From assembly GCA_963801605.1 (NCBI GenBank), contig CAWDFP010000006.1:1280001-1344000 (forward strand): a stretch of 64,000 nucleotides of DNA, in the 5' to 3' direction. Origin of the DNA: an uncultured candidate division Zixibacteria bacterium (GTDB lineage Bacteria > Zixibacteria > MSB-5A5 > UBA10806). Shown in pieces: positions 1 through 10,060 of this stretch. How positions within the stretch are numbered: position 1 is the stretch's first letter; every line of letters starts with the position of its first letter. A program made the position numbers and the translations under genes. The notes under the pieces were generated by a model. That model saw only the letters and a list, made by a program, of their open reading frames with translations, was not told where the DNA came from and did not search any database.

Positions 1-263
1 GGTTGCGATTGCCTGTGATCCCCGAACCTTTTGGCCATTTTGTCGCCTTAAATCCAGATGGGATCTGCCGAATGTCAAAACCCCGTCAGTAATTTTGACA
101 TTATTCATTAATATCTAAATCATAGACTTAAAGATGCCCATACAGCCCGGCCAGATTCAGTTCTCTATTGACGGATTACCTAAATTGACTTAATTGATAG
201 TATGAAAGGCTTTGTTTTCAGTTCGTTCAAAGCCGTTACTCTTTCCATTATAGGAGCCTGAAG

Positions 264-1280
264 ATGTCTCCAATCGATAAATCCGCTCTCTCCAAATTTA
301 AACGATATTATTTGTTTTACGGCCCCAACGCCTTCAAGCTCGACGAGCGCGTCAGAAGCCTCGGCCAGGCTTTGATTGAACCCGGCAGCGAGGCTTTCGA
401 TCTGGACCATTTCGATGGTGATAGAGCGGACATTTCCAATGTTATCAACGCTGTCTCCACGCCGCCGGTCATAAGCCTTCTTCGCGTCGTTATTCTAACG
501 AGCGCTGAGAAACTTTCAGCCCAGTCCCTGAACCGGCTTGAAGCTTTTCTCCCAAAAATCCCCGACTATTCCGTTCTGGCCATGACAGCTATCAAGATCG
601 ATAAGCGTATCAAGCTCTTTAAAAATCTTGCCGCTCAGGATAAGGTTCATACCTTTTATTTCGATCTATTTTCATCATCGGAGGCCGCCGACCTGGTAGT
701 CAAATTTGCCGCTGCCCGGGGAAAGAAAATGTCAACCTACGTGGCCAACGCTGTTGTCGAAACCTTCGGCACCGATCCCTATCGACTCGAAAATGAGGTT
801 GAAAAACTGGCGCTATATGTGGGGGAGAAGCCCGAGATCGAAAAATCCGATCTCGCCTTTGCATCCGGGTTTAACAAGATCGAAACGGCTTACGACTTGC
901 CGAATCTGATCTTCGCAGGTAAGCCGGAACAGGCCTTGGAGTTAGCCCGTACAGCCCTGGCTTCGGGGATCTCCGAAATTCAGCTTCTCTGGATTCTTAA
1001 AAATCACCTTATTCGCCTTAACGGTGCTCATGCCATCGGCAATCCCAGGGGCATGATGAGCGAACTCCGAATGCCATTCGGGGCTGCCCAGGAACTCCTT
1101 AGGATTTCGAAAAACATTAGCCAAGATGATATAGCAAAAGGACTTACATTTATATTTCGAGCCGAATATGCGCTCAAATCTGCCCGCTTCCCGACTGAGG
1201 TTATCATCGAACTCCTAATTTCAACTCTATATTTAACTTTCAAGGGGAATATTCCCAAAAATAAGTTGTATTCTCTATGA
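264..1280 (+). CDS. holA: DNA polymerase III subunit delta
   Basis: YYLFYG start, 'PPV..RVVIL', 'RLENEVEKLALY' and C-terminal 'EYALKS..IELLI' match HolA; 338 aa. Confidence 0.85.
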   Translation: MSPIDKSALSKFKRYYLFYGPNAFKLDERVRSLGQALIEPGSEAFDLDHFDGDRADISNVINAVSTPPVISLLRVVILTSAEKLSAQSLNRLEAFLPKIPDYSVLAMTAIKIDKRIKLFKNLAAQDKVHTFYFDLFSSSEAADLVVKFAAARGKKMSTYVANAVVETFGTDPYRLENEVEKLALYVGEKPEIEKSDLAFASGFNKIETAYDLPNLIFAGKPEQALELARTALASGISEIQLLWILKNHLIRLNGAHAIGNPRGMMSELRMPFGAAQELLRISKNISQDDIAKGLTFIFRAEYALKSARFPTEVIIELLISTLYLTFKGNIPKNKLYSL

Positions 1281-1882
1281 GCGACGAAACCGAAAAGAGC
1301 GAGCAAATGGACCAGGACCTGGTTAATCTGGCTCTCAAAGGCGATGAGAGAGCTTTCGAAAAGCTTGTAGAGAAGTATAAAAAACGGGTTTATTATTTGG
1401 CTTATCGAATGACACGCGATCATGATAGCGCCGATGAACTGGCGCAGGAAAGCTTTGTGAAAGCTTACCAGGCACTGGGAAATTTCAAAACAGGCTATAA
1501 CTTTTACACCTGGATCTATCGCATCTGTGTCAACCTTTCGATTAACTTTATCAAGCACGAGAGGCGCACAGTTTCAGCCGACCTCCTGCGCGAATTGGAC
1601 CTGTTGCCTGAGGGCATATCTGGTCTCGACCAGCTTGAAAAGATGATCGCTTCCGAACAGGCGGCCCTGGCCAAACGGGTTCTCGATAACCTGCCGCCAG
1701 AACAAAAGGCGGCTTTCGTGCTTAAAACGTATGATAATATGTCGTATGAACAAATGTCTGATGTTATGCAGTGCTCGATAGGTACCGTGATGTCACGGCT
1801 CTTCAGGGCGAGACAAAAACTAAGGAAAGCCCTGAAAGCAGCCGAAACTGAAAGAGATAGTAGAGATAATTTTGATGACTGA
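1277..1882 (+). CDS. ECF sigma-70 factor
   Basis: 'GDERAFEKLV', 'AQESFVKAY', 'FYTWIYRI', 'IGTVMSRLFRAR' (regions 2 and 4). Confidence 0.92.
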   Translation: MSDETEKSEQMDQDLVNLALKGDERAFEKLVEKYKKRVYYLAYRMTRDHDSADELAQESFVKAYQALGNFKTGYNFYTWIYRICVNLSINFIKHERRTVSADLLRELDLLPEGISGLDQLEKMIASEQAALAKRVLDNLPPEQKAAFVLKTYDNMSYEQMSDVMQCSIGTVMSRLFRARQKLRKALKAAETERDSRDNFDD

Positions 1883-2828
1883 TTGTAGCTACATAAAGAG
1901 ATTGCAATTATATCTTGATGGCTGGACCGAGGGTGACGCGACTCGTGATATCGAGGAGCATCTTAAAGTCTGTCCGCGATGTCAGGCCGAGATGGTCGAA
2001 TTGGTAGAGGCCAATGCGGCCGCTCTGGAAATTGTGGAGGTAGCTCCCGACCGTTCTTATTGGGATTCTTTCGTAAACAGGGTACATAATAGAATTATTG
2101 CCCGCGATGTTGAGCCCGTCAAAGAAATTAAAAGCTCGTCGACTCGTTTTCCCGCATTCAGATTAGCCTCGGTTCTGGTAATTCTAATCGTCACGATTAG
2201 CACAGCCTTTGTCATGTTACGTCAACCCCTGCGAGGATCCAATTCCGCCGCCATTTCACCTCGAATTCAAGATGCTTCGATTCAGCCTAAATTACAGCCG
2301 CCGGTTTTAAATACCGCTGAACAGGCTATCGCTCAAACCAATAAAACGAACGATCTTTCATCGGAAGCTTCGGCTGACCTTCCCGATGTCAGCTCGATGA
2401 AATCGTCCGATTTATCTTCCGGTGTTCGGCCCTCTACCCGCGGTACGGGAATGCCTGAATTCAAAAATTTATCTGATGAGATTAGAATATCTTCTCTTCG
2501 TGGACAAATTAAATCAGGGCCAAGCAATGAATCAAGATTGCAGGCCCCATCATCATTTGCCGATTATTCATCCGATCCATCTTTTCGCCTTAAAACCGCC
2601 TTTGTTGGACAAAGAATTTTAGCCAGCCTCGGAATGAACGCCCAAAATGACACCCGTGCGTCATCTCAGGGGCCGCTCTACGCATACAATGAAACCTCGC
2701 TAACCGGGGCAGGCGACGATCCCGGCGCCGCCTCCACCTGGGGTTACCTGCGTATCGCTTCCGATACCTCCAGGGCCAGTGAAGTTAAGAAATACTTCAT
2801 TGAGCTTGAGCTTATGCAGGGCAAGTAG
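1872..2828 (+). CDS. Zinc-finger (zf-HC2) anti-sigma factor, single TM
   Basis: HLKVCPRC (HxxxCxxC) motif, one TM helix, overlaps the ECF sigma stop. Confidence 0.8.
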   Translation: MMTDCSYIKRLQLYLDGWTEGDATRDIEEHLKVCPRCQAEMVELVEANAAALEIVEVAPDRSYWDSFVNRVHNRIIARDVEPVKEIKSSSTRFPAFRLASVLVILIVTISTAFVMLRQPLRGSNSAAISPRIQDASIQPKLQPPVLNTAEQAIAQTNKTNDLSSEASADLPDVSSMKSSDLSSGVRPSTRGTGMPEFKNLSDEIRISSLRGQIKSGPSNESRLQAPSSFADYSSDPSFRLKTAFVGQRILASLGMNAQNDTRASSQGPLYAYNETSLTGAGDDPGAASTWGYLRIASDTSRASEVKKYFIELELMQGK

Positions 2829-2918
2829 CAAAAAATTTCCCCTCTTTTTATGTTGATAATTCAAATCCATGTCTTTATATTCACGGGCTGAACTTTACGG
2901 GGGCGTTGGTTTTGGGAT

Positions 2919-4091
2919 ATGTGGGTAATAGCAGTTCTTATTGGAATACTAATTATATACGGCTTCTGGGAATTTCGCAGTCACCAATTTAATCTTAAAA
3001 AACTGCGCGTCAGGATCCATGTCAACGGTACTCGCGGCAAGTCGTCGGTTACCAGGCTTATCGCCGGCGGGCTTCGAGGCGGCGGTTTGAAGGTTTTTGC
3101 CAAAACTACTGGAACTAAACCCAGAATGATTTTTGTTGACGGCAGTGAGGCGCCGGTATTGCGCGTTGGCAAGGCCAACATAATTGAGCAAAAAAGAATT
3201 GTGGCTAGAGCGGCGCGCCAGAATGTCGAGTATTTTGTAACTGAGTGCATGGGAGTCCAACCACACTTGCAGGAAATCCTCGAAAATAAATTCGTCAAGT
3301 CGCAGGTCGGCGTCATCACAAACGTCCGCGGCGATCATCTCGACGAAATGGGTCCCACCCTGGCTTGTGTCGCCGCCTCGTTGTGCAATTCAATTCCCCA
3401 AAATGGCCACCTGTTCACCTCTGAAGAGCATTACCTCGATATTATCGAAGCCCGCAGCAAGATGCGTAATACCGTGGTACATAAAGCTAATCCGTCCGAT
3501 ATCGATAATCTCGATATGCGCGGTTTCACGTATTTAGAGCATAAAGACAACGTTGCCCTGGCTCTGGCAGTCTGCCGTCATTTCGGAGTATCCAAAGAGG
3601 ATGCTATTCGCGGCATGCAGCAGGCTATAGCCGATCCGGGTGTGCTACGGCGATACAAAATCGAAACCCAGGGAAAGAGCATTGAATTTGTCAACGCCTT
3701 CGCGGCCAACGATCCCGACAGCTACAAGATCATCTGGGAGATGCTCCGCATTCATCGCGAGCCTGATAAGAAACTCATCGTCCTGCTCAATTCGCGTAAG
3801 GACAGAATTCAAAGATCGGAGCAAATGGGTGAGTTCATCGCCAAGGAACTTGACGCTGATTACTTTGTGATCTCGGGAGAAATGACCCATGCCCTCGTTG
3901 CCCGGGCAGTCTCCTGCGGTTTGCCGCATAATAAAATCGAAAATCTCGGAGGCAAATCGCTCGAATCGATTTTTGGCAGGATCTTAAATCTAACCGAGAA
4001 AAAATCGCTTGTATTCGGAATTGGAAATATCGTTGGATTCGGGGAGCAGATCGTGAATTACTTTGTTGAAAAGGGGATAGAAATTGGGTGA
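2919..4091 (+). CDS. pgsB: Poly-gamma-glutamate synthase PgsB/CapB
   Basis: 'RIHVNGTRGKSSVTRLI', 'ITNVRGDHLDEMGPT', 'FVNAFAANDP' motifs. Confidence 0.93.
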   Translation: MWVIAVLIGILIIYGFWEFRSHQFNLKKLRVRIHVNGTRGKSSVTRLIAGGLRGGGLKVFAKTTGTKPRMIFVDGSEAPVLRVGKANIIEQKRIVARAARQNVEYFVTECMGVQPHLQEILENKFVKSQVGVITNVRGDHLDEMGPTLACVAASLCNSIPQNGHLFTSEEHYLDIIEARSKMRNTVVHKANPSDIDNLDMRGFTYLEHKDNVALALAVCRHFGVSKEDAIRGMQQAIADPGVLRRYKIETQGKSIEFVNAFAANDPDSYKIIWEMLRIHREPDKKLIVLLNSRKDRIQRSEQMGEFIAKELDADYFVISGEMTHALVARAVSCGLPHNKIENLGGKSLESIFGRILNLTEKKSLVFGIGNIVGFGEQIVNYFVEKGIEIG

Positions 4092-4548
4092 AGCCTTAAT
4101 GGTCGAATCAGTTGGCTTGGGACTGGTCGTCAGCATCATCTTTTCGGAAACTCTGGGATTAGCCGCTGGCGGTATGGTAGTGCCTGGATACCTGGCGCTT
4201 ATGATCCATGAGCCTCTCAGAATTCTGGGGACTATCATCGTCAGCCTTTTAACCTTCTTTATGATAAAGCTCCTTTCCAACTATATCTTCATATACGGCC
4301 GGAGACGAACCGTGCTGGTAATCCTGTTCGGATTCCTTTTTGGATGGGTGTCTCGCAGCTTTTTTGTAATCCCGCTTCCGGGCGGTAACGCTGTGGAGTT
4401 TCAATCGGTTGGATTTATTATTCCCGGCCTGATCGCCAATTGGATGGAGCGACAGGGGGTTATTCAAACCTTGAGCACGATGGTGGTTGCCGCAGTTCTG
4501 GTTCGGTTGCTCCTTATGATCTTTTCCGGCGGGCAGGTGATATCATGA
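4084..4548 (+). CDS. pgsC: Poly-gamma-glutamate biosynthesis membrane protein PgsC/CapC
   Basis: 'GGMVVPGYLAL', 'YGRRR', 'GFIIPGLIANW..RQG' motifs; follows pgsB. Confidence 0.93.
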   Translation: MGEALMVESVGLGLVVSIIFSETLGLAAGGMVVPGYLALMIHEPLRILGTIIVSLLTFFMIKLLSNYIFIYGRRRTVLVILFGFLFGWVSRSFFVIPLPGGNAVEFQSVGFIIPGLIANWMERQGVIQTLSTMVVAAVLVRLLLMIFSGGQVIS

Positions 4549-5714
4549 AGGCGCGCGAGGTAAATCCGTCTATCCGGCTACTTGTTCTGTTGGCCATTAT
4601 ATCGTTGGGCATATTCTATCTGGCTGAGTCTACCCGTCATAAAAAACAAGCTCCTTATTACGATCTTAAGATAAAAGCCGCTACTCTAGACCAAAAATGT
4701 CAAATTGCCATTCGCGACGAACTTAAGAAACGTGGAATCGCTATCGATTTCGAAAATGATCCCAATGGCAGCGGCCTTATAGGCGAACAAAGCACCTTGA
4801 TTACAACCGATCTTGGTGATCTCCGCAGCAAATTAAGCTCAACCAATCCTAACTTTTCAGCGGTTTTTGTGGATTTATTTAAGGAGAGCGGGATCAAGCG
4901 CGGAGATAAAATTGCAGTGGCTTTGACCGGTTCGCTTCCCGGAGTAAATATTGCTCTCTATTCGGCTTGTGATGTCATGGGAATCGAACCCGTTGTAATC
5001 ACGTCGGTCGGCTCATCGACCTGGGGCGCAAATAATCCCACTTTCACCTGGCTCGATATGGAGAAACTTCTTTTCGATGCCAAACTTATAAATTCTCGTT
5101 CGGTAGCCGCGTCGTTGGGCGGCGGTACTGATAATGGCCGCGGCCTTTCCATGACGGGACGCCGGCTGCTTTTGGACGCTATTAAGCGCAACAGCGTCGA
5201 GCCTATATTTACCGGTAATCTCGAAGGCGCTCTGGAGAATGCCGGATCGCTTAAGAAAAATATCGAACGCAGAATACAAATCTACGATCGTGAAAGCAAA
5301 GGACGAGCCTACGCCGCTTATGTTAATATCGGAGGCGGTTTGGCTTCTTTGGGTTCCGCCCAGAACGGCAAGCTTATTCCCTCGGGAGTGAATTTTCACT
5401 TCGACCAGGCTAATTTCCCGGCGCGGGGAGTTATCAATATCATGGCTGAGCGGAAAATCCCGATCATCCATGTCATGGAGGTGACCGATATCGCCAATAA
5501 ATACGGCGTCTCGATCGAAGTCACGCCCGCTCCCGTCGTTGGCAAGGACGCCATTTTCCAGCGCGATGAATACTCAATTACTTCGACGATAATTTATGCT
5601 ATTATTCTGATGATAATCGTTGCGGTTTTTATACGCATTGATGTAAAATACTACGTTAGAAAGCAAACCAAGATCCTTTTTCCACCGAGAAGGGATGAGG
5701 ACCCGGAGCTATAA
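4545..5714 (+). CDS. pgsW: Poly-gamma-glutamate system protein PgsW
   Basis: 'DPNGSGLIG..T.ITTDLG.L.SK', 'GSLPG.N', 'SVGSSTWGAN' motifs; ATG 4545 overlaps pgsC stop. Confidence 0.8.
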   Translation: MKAREVNPSIRLLVLLAIISLGIFYLAESTRHKKQAPYYDLKIKAATLDQKCQIAIRDELKKRGIAIDFENDPNGSGLIGEQSTLITTDLGDLRSKLSSTNPNFSAVFVDLFKESGIKRGDKIAVALTGSLPGVNIALYSACDVMGIEPVVITSVGSSTWGANNPTFTWLDMEKLLFDAKLINSRSVAASLGGGTDNGRGLSMTGRRLLLDAIKRNSVEPIFTGNLEGALENAGSLKKNIERRIQIYDRESKGRAYAAYVNIGGGLASLGSAQNGKLIPSGVNFHFDQANFPARGVINIMAERKIPIIHVMEVTDIANKYGVSIEVTPAPVVGKDAIFQRDEYSITSTIIYAIILMIIVAVFIRIDVKYYVRKQTKILFPPRRDEDPEL

Positions 5715-5715
5715 T

Positions 5716-6612
5716 ATGAATAAGCTTGGAATTATTGTACTGGGTACAGTCCTGCTGGTATCCGGATGCTTATATGCGGCCGATACCACTACTACGGCCT
5801 ATAACGTTTTCACTCCCATCGGCGCCGGCAAGAGCGTTTTAATTAAATCAGGCGCCAAGCAGTACAACTATTTCGTAGTCGAAAAAGGCGTCTCCTTTGG
5901 CTTCGATATTACCGGACCGGATAAGATCAAGATACATACCCGGGCCGAATTTAAACCTGGCCTTAAAGATATCGGATATGAAATCCAGATATGGGAAGCT
6001 AATCATCTGATCAAAGGACGTAAAGTAAATGCCACCCCGTCCGCGCTGACATTCAACAATCAGGCCCTGGGCCTTTCCAGAGATATTATCATCGATGTCC
6101 CTGAAGGCGTTCATAAATATCGTCTCTGGATTACATCAGATCAGGCCGATAGATATTACACCAGGTTTTATCAAACCAATACAGCCGTCGTTGACAATCC
6201 GGTTAGCTACATTCAGCCATCGCAATTTCGCCAGCAGGTAACACTCCTTTCTGGCGGTAATTTGGAAGCCTATTATATTGTCGATACCGCCGGTGGAGTC
6301 ACCTTAACAATTGACGGCCCCGTTATGCTTACTCTTTTTTGCCGCGCGAATTTTGACAAAAACATGAAGGGCAGAGCCAAGTTTACGCTGGGGATGTTTG
6401 AAGGCGACAGAGAAGTAACCCAATTTGCGGGAGCCGTGCCTATATCATCCAAGGCGGCGTTTAAAGAACTCAGCGATCTGGTTCCTTCTACGTTGAATAC
6501 TTATGGCTTTTCCGTACCGCCCGGCAGGCACATTTACCAGTTCAGAAAGATCAATTCGGCCTCGCCCAGCCTGGCGATTAGATTTAAGGCCACGAAGAGC
6601 ACAACTCCATGA
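5716..6612 (+). CDS. Exported hypothetical protein (two beta-rich halves), coupled to pgs genes
   Basis: Signal-peptide-like N-terminus; starts 1 nt after the pgsW stop. Confidence 0.6.
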   Translation: MNKLGIIVLGTVLLVSGCLYAADTTTTAYNVFTPIGAGKSVLIKSGAKQYNYFVVEKGVSFGFDITGPDKIKIHTRAEFKPGLKDIGYEIQIWEANHLIKGRKVNATPSALTFNNQALGLSRDIIIDVPEGVHKYRLWITSDQADRYYTRFYQTNTAVVDNPVSYIQPSQFRQQVTLLSGGNLEAYYIVDTAGGVTLTIDGPVMLTLFCRANFDKNMKGRAKFTLGMFEGDREVTQFAGAVPISSKAAFKELSDLVPSTLNTYGFSVPPGRHIYQFRKINSASPSLAIRFKATKSTTP

Positions 6613-7736
6613 AAAAGAGCAGTCTTACTCTCATTATTGTACCGCTGATTTTGGCGGCTTTTATCGTTTCGCCTGCCGAAGCGGCCAAAAAGAAAAAGCG
6701 TATCAAAGCCCCTGTTAAGACTTTCATTCTCGATGTTACTCTCGGTATTACTTACGATGATAATATCATCAGATATTCGGATGCTGATTTAGATCTTTAC
6801 AGCTTTGACGCTATCCCGTCGAAGTTTTCTATAGAATCAAAAAGCGATTGGATCATTGCCCCTCAAATCCGCCCTCGTATCCAAGGAAAGCTGCTTGGAA
6901 ATCAACCTGCCACTCTGACTTTAGGATATGATTATTTTGGTTACATAAGAAATGATATCCGGCGTTATAGCCGCTTTCTTATCGAGCTCAGGCAGGATTT
7001 CAGTTCTCGTGGCTACGCCCAGGTTTCTTATGGCTATATACCAAAATATTACTACCGCAATCTTTTTATCCGCCATGACACGATCGGTGGCGATATTTAT
7101 GAACCGGCAAATTTCTCCAAAAATACCGTTGGAGTTGAAATCGGTTACGATATCACTAAAACAATCAAAGGTTCGGTGGCTTACCGGTTTCTCAATAAAT
7201 CTTATGACCAAATATTTGATTATCGCGACCTGACTTTAAATGGATTTGAAATTGACGGTATTTGGCGGGCCTCGAAACCCCTCAAATTTTGGGGCATTTA
7301 CGGCTATGAAAACGCCAAAGCTAAAGGCGCCGATAGGCCCGATTCAGTTCTCGACCTATCTTATATCGCCTGGGACCTGACTTTTGGCGTCCGGCATTAT
7401 GCATCTTTTATGCCCAGGCTCAAACCTGAATTTTACACCAGCTTTCAGTACCGTCGTATCATGTATCAATCTGATAAACCTCCGGCCATGTTTGGACGGA
7501 ATGCTTTCCAATATGCGAGAAACGATAACAATTATTTGCTCCATCTGGGAGCAGGCTGCCAGATAGCTTATAAGATACGTCTTGACGCCGATTACGCATT
7601 CACAACCAAGAAATCCAGCTTGCCGGATATATATCCTAACCCTTACCTGAGTATTCCCCAGACCACTCAGCAATTGGAACAGATGCTTAACTATTCGGCC
7701 AATACTATCTCCCTGAAATTTTCCAGACAATTCTAA
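6609..7736 (+). CDS. Putative outer-membrane beta-barrel protein
   Basis: Signal peptide, 'YDDNI' motif, aromatic-rich alternating strands, C-terminal Phe. Confidence 0.6.
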   Translation: MKKSSLTLIIVPLILAAFIVSPAEAAKKKKRIKAPVKTFILDVTLGITYDDNIIRYSDADLDLYSFDAIPSKFSIESKSDWIIAPQIRPRIQGKLLGNQPATLTLGYDYFGYIRNDIRRYSRFLIELRQDFSSRGYAQVSYGYIPKYYYRNLFIRHDTIGGDIYEPANFSKNTVGVEIGYDITKTIKGSVAYRFLNKSYDQIFDYRDLTLNGFEIDGIWRASKPLKFWGIYGYENAKAKGADRPDSVLDLSYIAWDLTFGVRHYASFMPRLKPEFYTSFQYRRIMYQSDKPPAMFGRNAFQYARNDNNYLLHLGAGCQIAYKIRLDADYAFTTKKSSLPDIYPNPYLSIPQTTQQLEQMLNYSANTISLKFSRQF

Positions 7737-7819
7737 CTTGACCCTCTCCCGATAGCGCCATATAATTATCTTGGGAGTGTTTATTATTCCCGGTTATTAA
7801 AACGGCATATATAAATTTT

Positions 7820-8476
7820 ATGGATGTTATGAATCATCAGGAATTAACCGAACAGCGCGAATATATGATCAAAACCCAGATCGAGGCCCGCGGCGTTACT
7901 GATCTACGGGTGCTCGATGCCATGAGAGTTATACCGCGTCATCTTTTCTTACCCGAAAACCTTCGACGGTTCGCTTTCGATGACTCACCTGTCTCTATTG
8001 GATATGGCCAGACTATCAGCCAGCCGTTTATCGTAGCCTATATGACTGAGCTTCTCCAGACCAAACCGACCGATAAAGTACTCGATATCGGCACCGGTTC
8101 AGGTTATCAGGCTGCCATATTATCGCAACTTGTAAAGGCAGTTTATACTATTGAGATAGTGCCGGAACTAAATGAAATGGCCGATTCTATTTTCAAGAAA
8201 CTGGGTTATGCCAATATCATTTCCCGGGTTGGTGATGGTTATTTCGGCTGGTCGGAGGAGGCCCCATTCAATGGTATCGTTGTTGCTGCGGCGCCCGGAC
8301 GAGTGCCTCAGCCGCTTTTGGAACAGCTCGCCGATGGTGGCCGATTGGTTATACCGGTTGGAGATATGTTTCAATATCTTGAGGTTTATACTCGCGACGG
8401 CGACCAGATTAAACGCGAAAAAAATATCGCGGTGCGATTTGTCCCCATGACCGGTACGGCGGAGGATAAGGAATAG
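7820..8476 (+). CDS. pcm: Protein-L-isoaspartate O-methyltransferase
   Basis: 'GQTISQP', 'VLDIGTGSGYQAA', 'VRFVPM'. Confidence 0.95.
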   Translation: MDVMNHQELTEQREYMIKTQIEARGVTDLRVLDAMRVIPRHLFLPENLRRFAFDDSPVSIGYGQTISQPFIVAYMTELLQTKPTDKVLDIGTGSGYQAAILSQLVKAVYTIEIVPELNEMADSIFKKLGYANIISRVGDGYFGWSEEAPFNGIVVAAAPGRVPQPLLEQLADGGRLVIPVGDMFQYLEVYTRDGDQIKREKNIAVRFVPMTGTAEDKE

Positions 8477-8596
8477 GGGAAAGGCTAATCCCCTGTATAT
8501 TGGGAGATTGCCCCCCAAAGAAAAATGATTATTCCATTTCCGTAACTATCTCGGATATTATTTCGTAATATAGAGTAGATAAAAAAGGATGGGAAT

Positions 8597-9043
8597 ATGG
8601 CAAAAAAACTTTACAGATCGCGCCATGACAGGATGATCGCCGGAGTCTGTGGCGGCCTGGCTGAGTATTTCGATATCGATTCCACCCTGGTTCGTCTGAT
8701 TGCTGTAGCCTTGACTATCGCAGGCGGTTCCGGGATACTGGCTTATATCATATTCTGGTTTGTGGTGCCGCAACGGCCGCTTGATCTCGCCGCCGTCGAT
8801 AACCCAATCCAGGCCCCGCCTGCCGCTGATACGACTGAGCCTGCCGAGGCGGAAACTAACGAAGTCAGTTCCGCCGCTCTATTTGTTGGAGTGATTCTGA
8901 CCGTTTTGGGTTTTTTGTTTCTGTTGGGGAATTTAATTTCGTTCGCCTGGTTGTCATTTTCGAGACTCTGGCCATTGGTGCTCATCGCAATCGGGATAAT
9001 TATCGTTTTGAAAGGTACCGGGAGAAAAAGCCATGCGAGTTAG
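8597..9043 (+). CDS. PspC-domain membrane protein
   Basis: 'KLYRSRHDRMIAGVCGGLAEYF' PspC signature plus 'LWPLVLI' TM module. Confidence 0.88.
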   Translation: MAKKLYRSRHDRMIAGVCGGLAEYFDIDSTLVRLIAVALTIAGGSGILAYIIFWFVVPQRPLDLAAVDNPIQAPPAADTTEPAEAETNEVSSAALFVGVILTVLGFLFLLGNLISFAWLSFSRLWPLVLIAIGIIIVLKGTGRKSHAS

Positions 9044-9965
9044 TTCGGTTCGTTGGGGTGTGATTTTTATCGGAATCGGCCTTCTCTTTTTGGCGATTAA
9101 TCTCGAACTGTTGGATACCCTGGTATTCCCTCGACTTTTTTCGCTCTGGCCGGTTCTGCTTATCGCCATTGGTCTGGAGATAATGTTTCGTCGCACCCGT
9201 CTTTATGTTTTGGCATTTCTCTCACCGATCATTATCGCGGGCGCCTTCATCGCTGCCGCAACCGCTACGGGCGACTGGGGCTGGAAAGCCGATGAGTTCT
9301 GGAACCGCTGGGTTTGGCGGGCTACCGAAAAAAAGGTCGACATTGTTGAGATACCTTCCGATACAGCTGTTCGCGCCTTAAAGCTTGATTTGGAGTGCGG
9401 CCCCAGTGAGGTAACCTTCAAACCATCGTCCGATATCATGTTTAAATCTACGACCGAATATTATCGTCGCAGCCCCTGGGTTGAGCATTCCGTAACCGAT
9501 AGCACCGAGAGTATCAAATACATCAATCGCGAAAAAACCCGGTTGGCGTTGTTCGGTCTTAACATCGCTGGCGCTCAAAATCAGTTTAGAATCGCGGATT
9601 ATCTTCCTGTCGAGGCTAATATCAATGCCCTTGACGATGAGCCTGATTTCGATCTTTCCGACATTAGGCTTTCATCCCTGACAATTCATATACGCTCTAA
9701 TCGCGCTACCTTACGATTGGGCGGATATTCCGATAGCTTGAGCGTAACCATTTCCGGCAAAACCGATGATTTAAATTTAATTATCCCCACAGATATCGGC
9801 TTGGCCATATCCGGCAACTCCTTAAAGCTCAATAGTATTCTTAAGGATGCGGGCCTGCAGTCCAGCGCCGGTGCATTCCTCTCAAACGATTACGCGACTG
9901 CAAATCATAAAATCAATCTTGTACTCGAGGCTGATATTAAATCGCTTTCCATAAATAGAGAATAA
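9033..9965 (+). CDS. LiaI/LiaF-like (DUF5668) envelope-stress membrane protein
   Basis: 'WGVIFIGIGLLFL..N....LWPVLLIAIGLEI' followed by a beta-rich extracytoplasmic domain. Confidence 0.65.
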   Translation: MRVSSVRWGVIFIGIGLLFLAINLELLDTLVFPRLFSLWPVLLIAIGLEIMFRRTRLYVLAFLSPIIIAGAFIAAATATGDWGWKADEFWNRWVWRATEKKVDIVEIPSDTAVRALKLDLECGPSEVTFKPSSDIMFKSTTEYYRRSPWVEHSVTDSTESIKYINREKTRLALFGLNIAGAQNQFRIADYLPVEANINALDDEPDFDLSDIRLSSLTIHIRSNRATLRLGGYSDSLSVTISGKTDDLNLIIPTDIGLAISGNSLKLNSILKDAGLQSSAGAFLSNDYATANHKINLVLEADIKSLSINRE

Positions 9966-9993
9966 TATTTCCATTGAAATTGATAAATAAAAT

Positions 9994-10022
9994 AAGCCGT
10001 CGGGTAATAAACCTGACGGCTT
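9994..10022. terminator. Bidirectional hairpin between convergent genes (REP-like core)
   Basis: AAGCCGTCGGGT-aataa-ACCTGACGGCTT. Confidence 0.65.
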
Positions 10023-10060
10023 CTTAATTGGCGTTTATGCCATCGATAAGAATACTAAAT

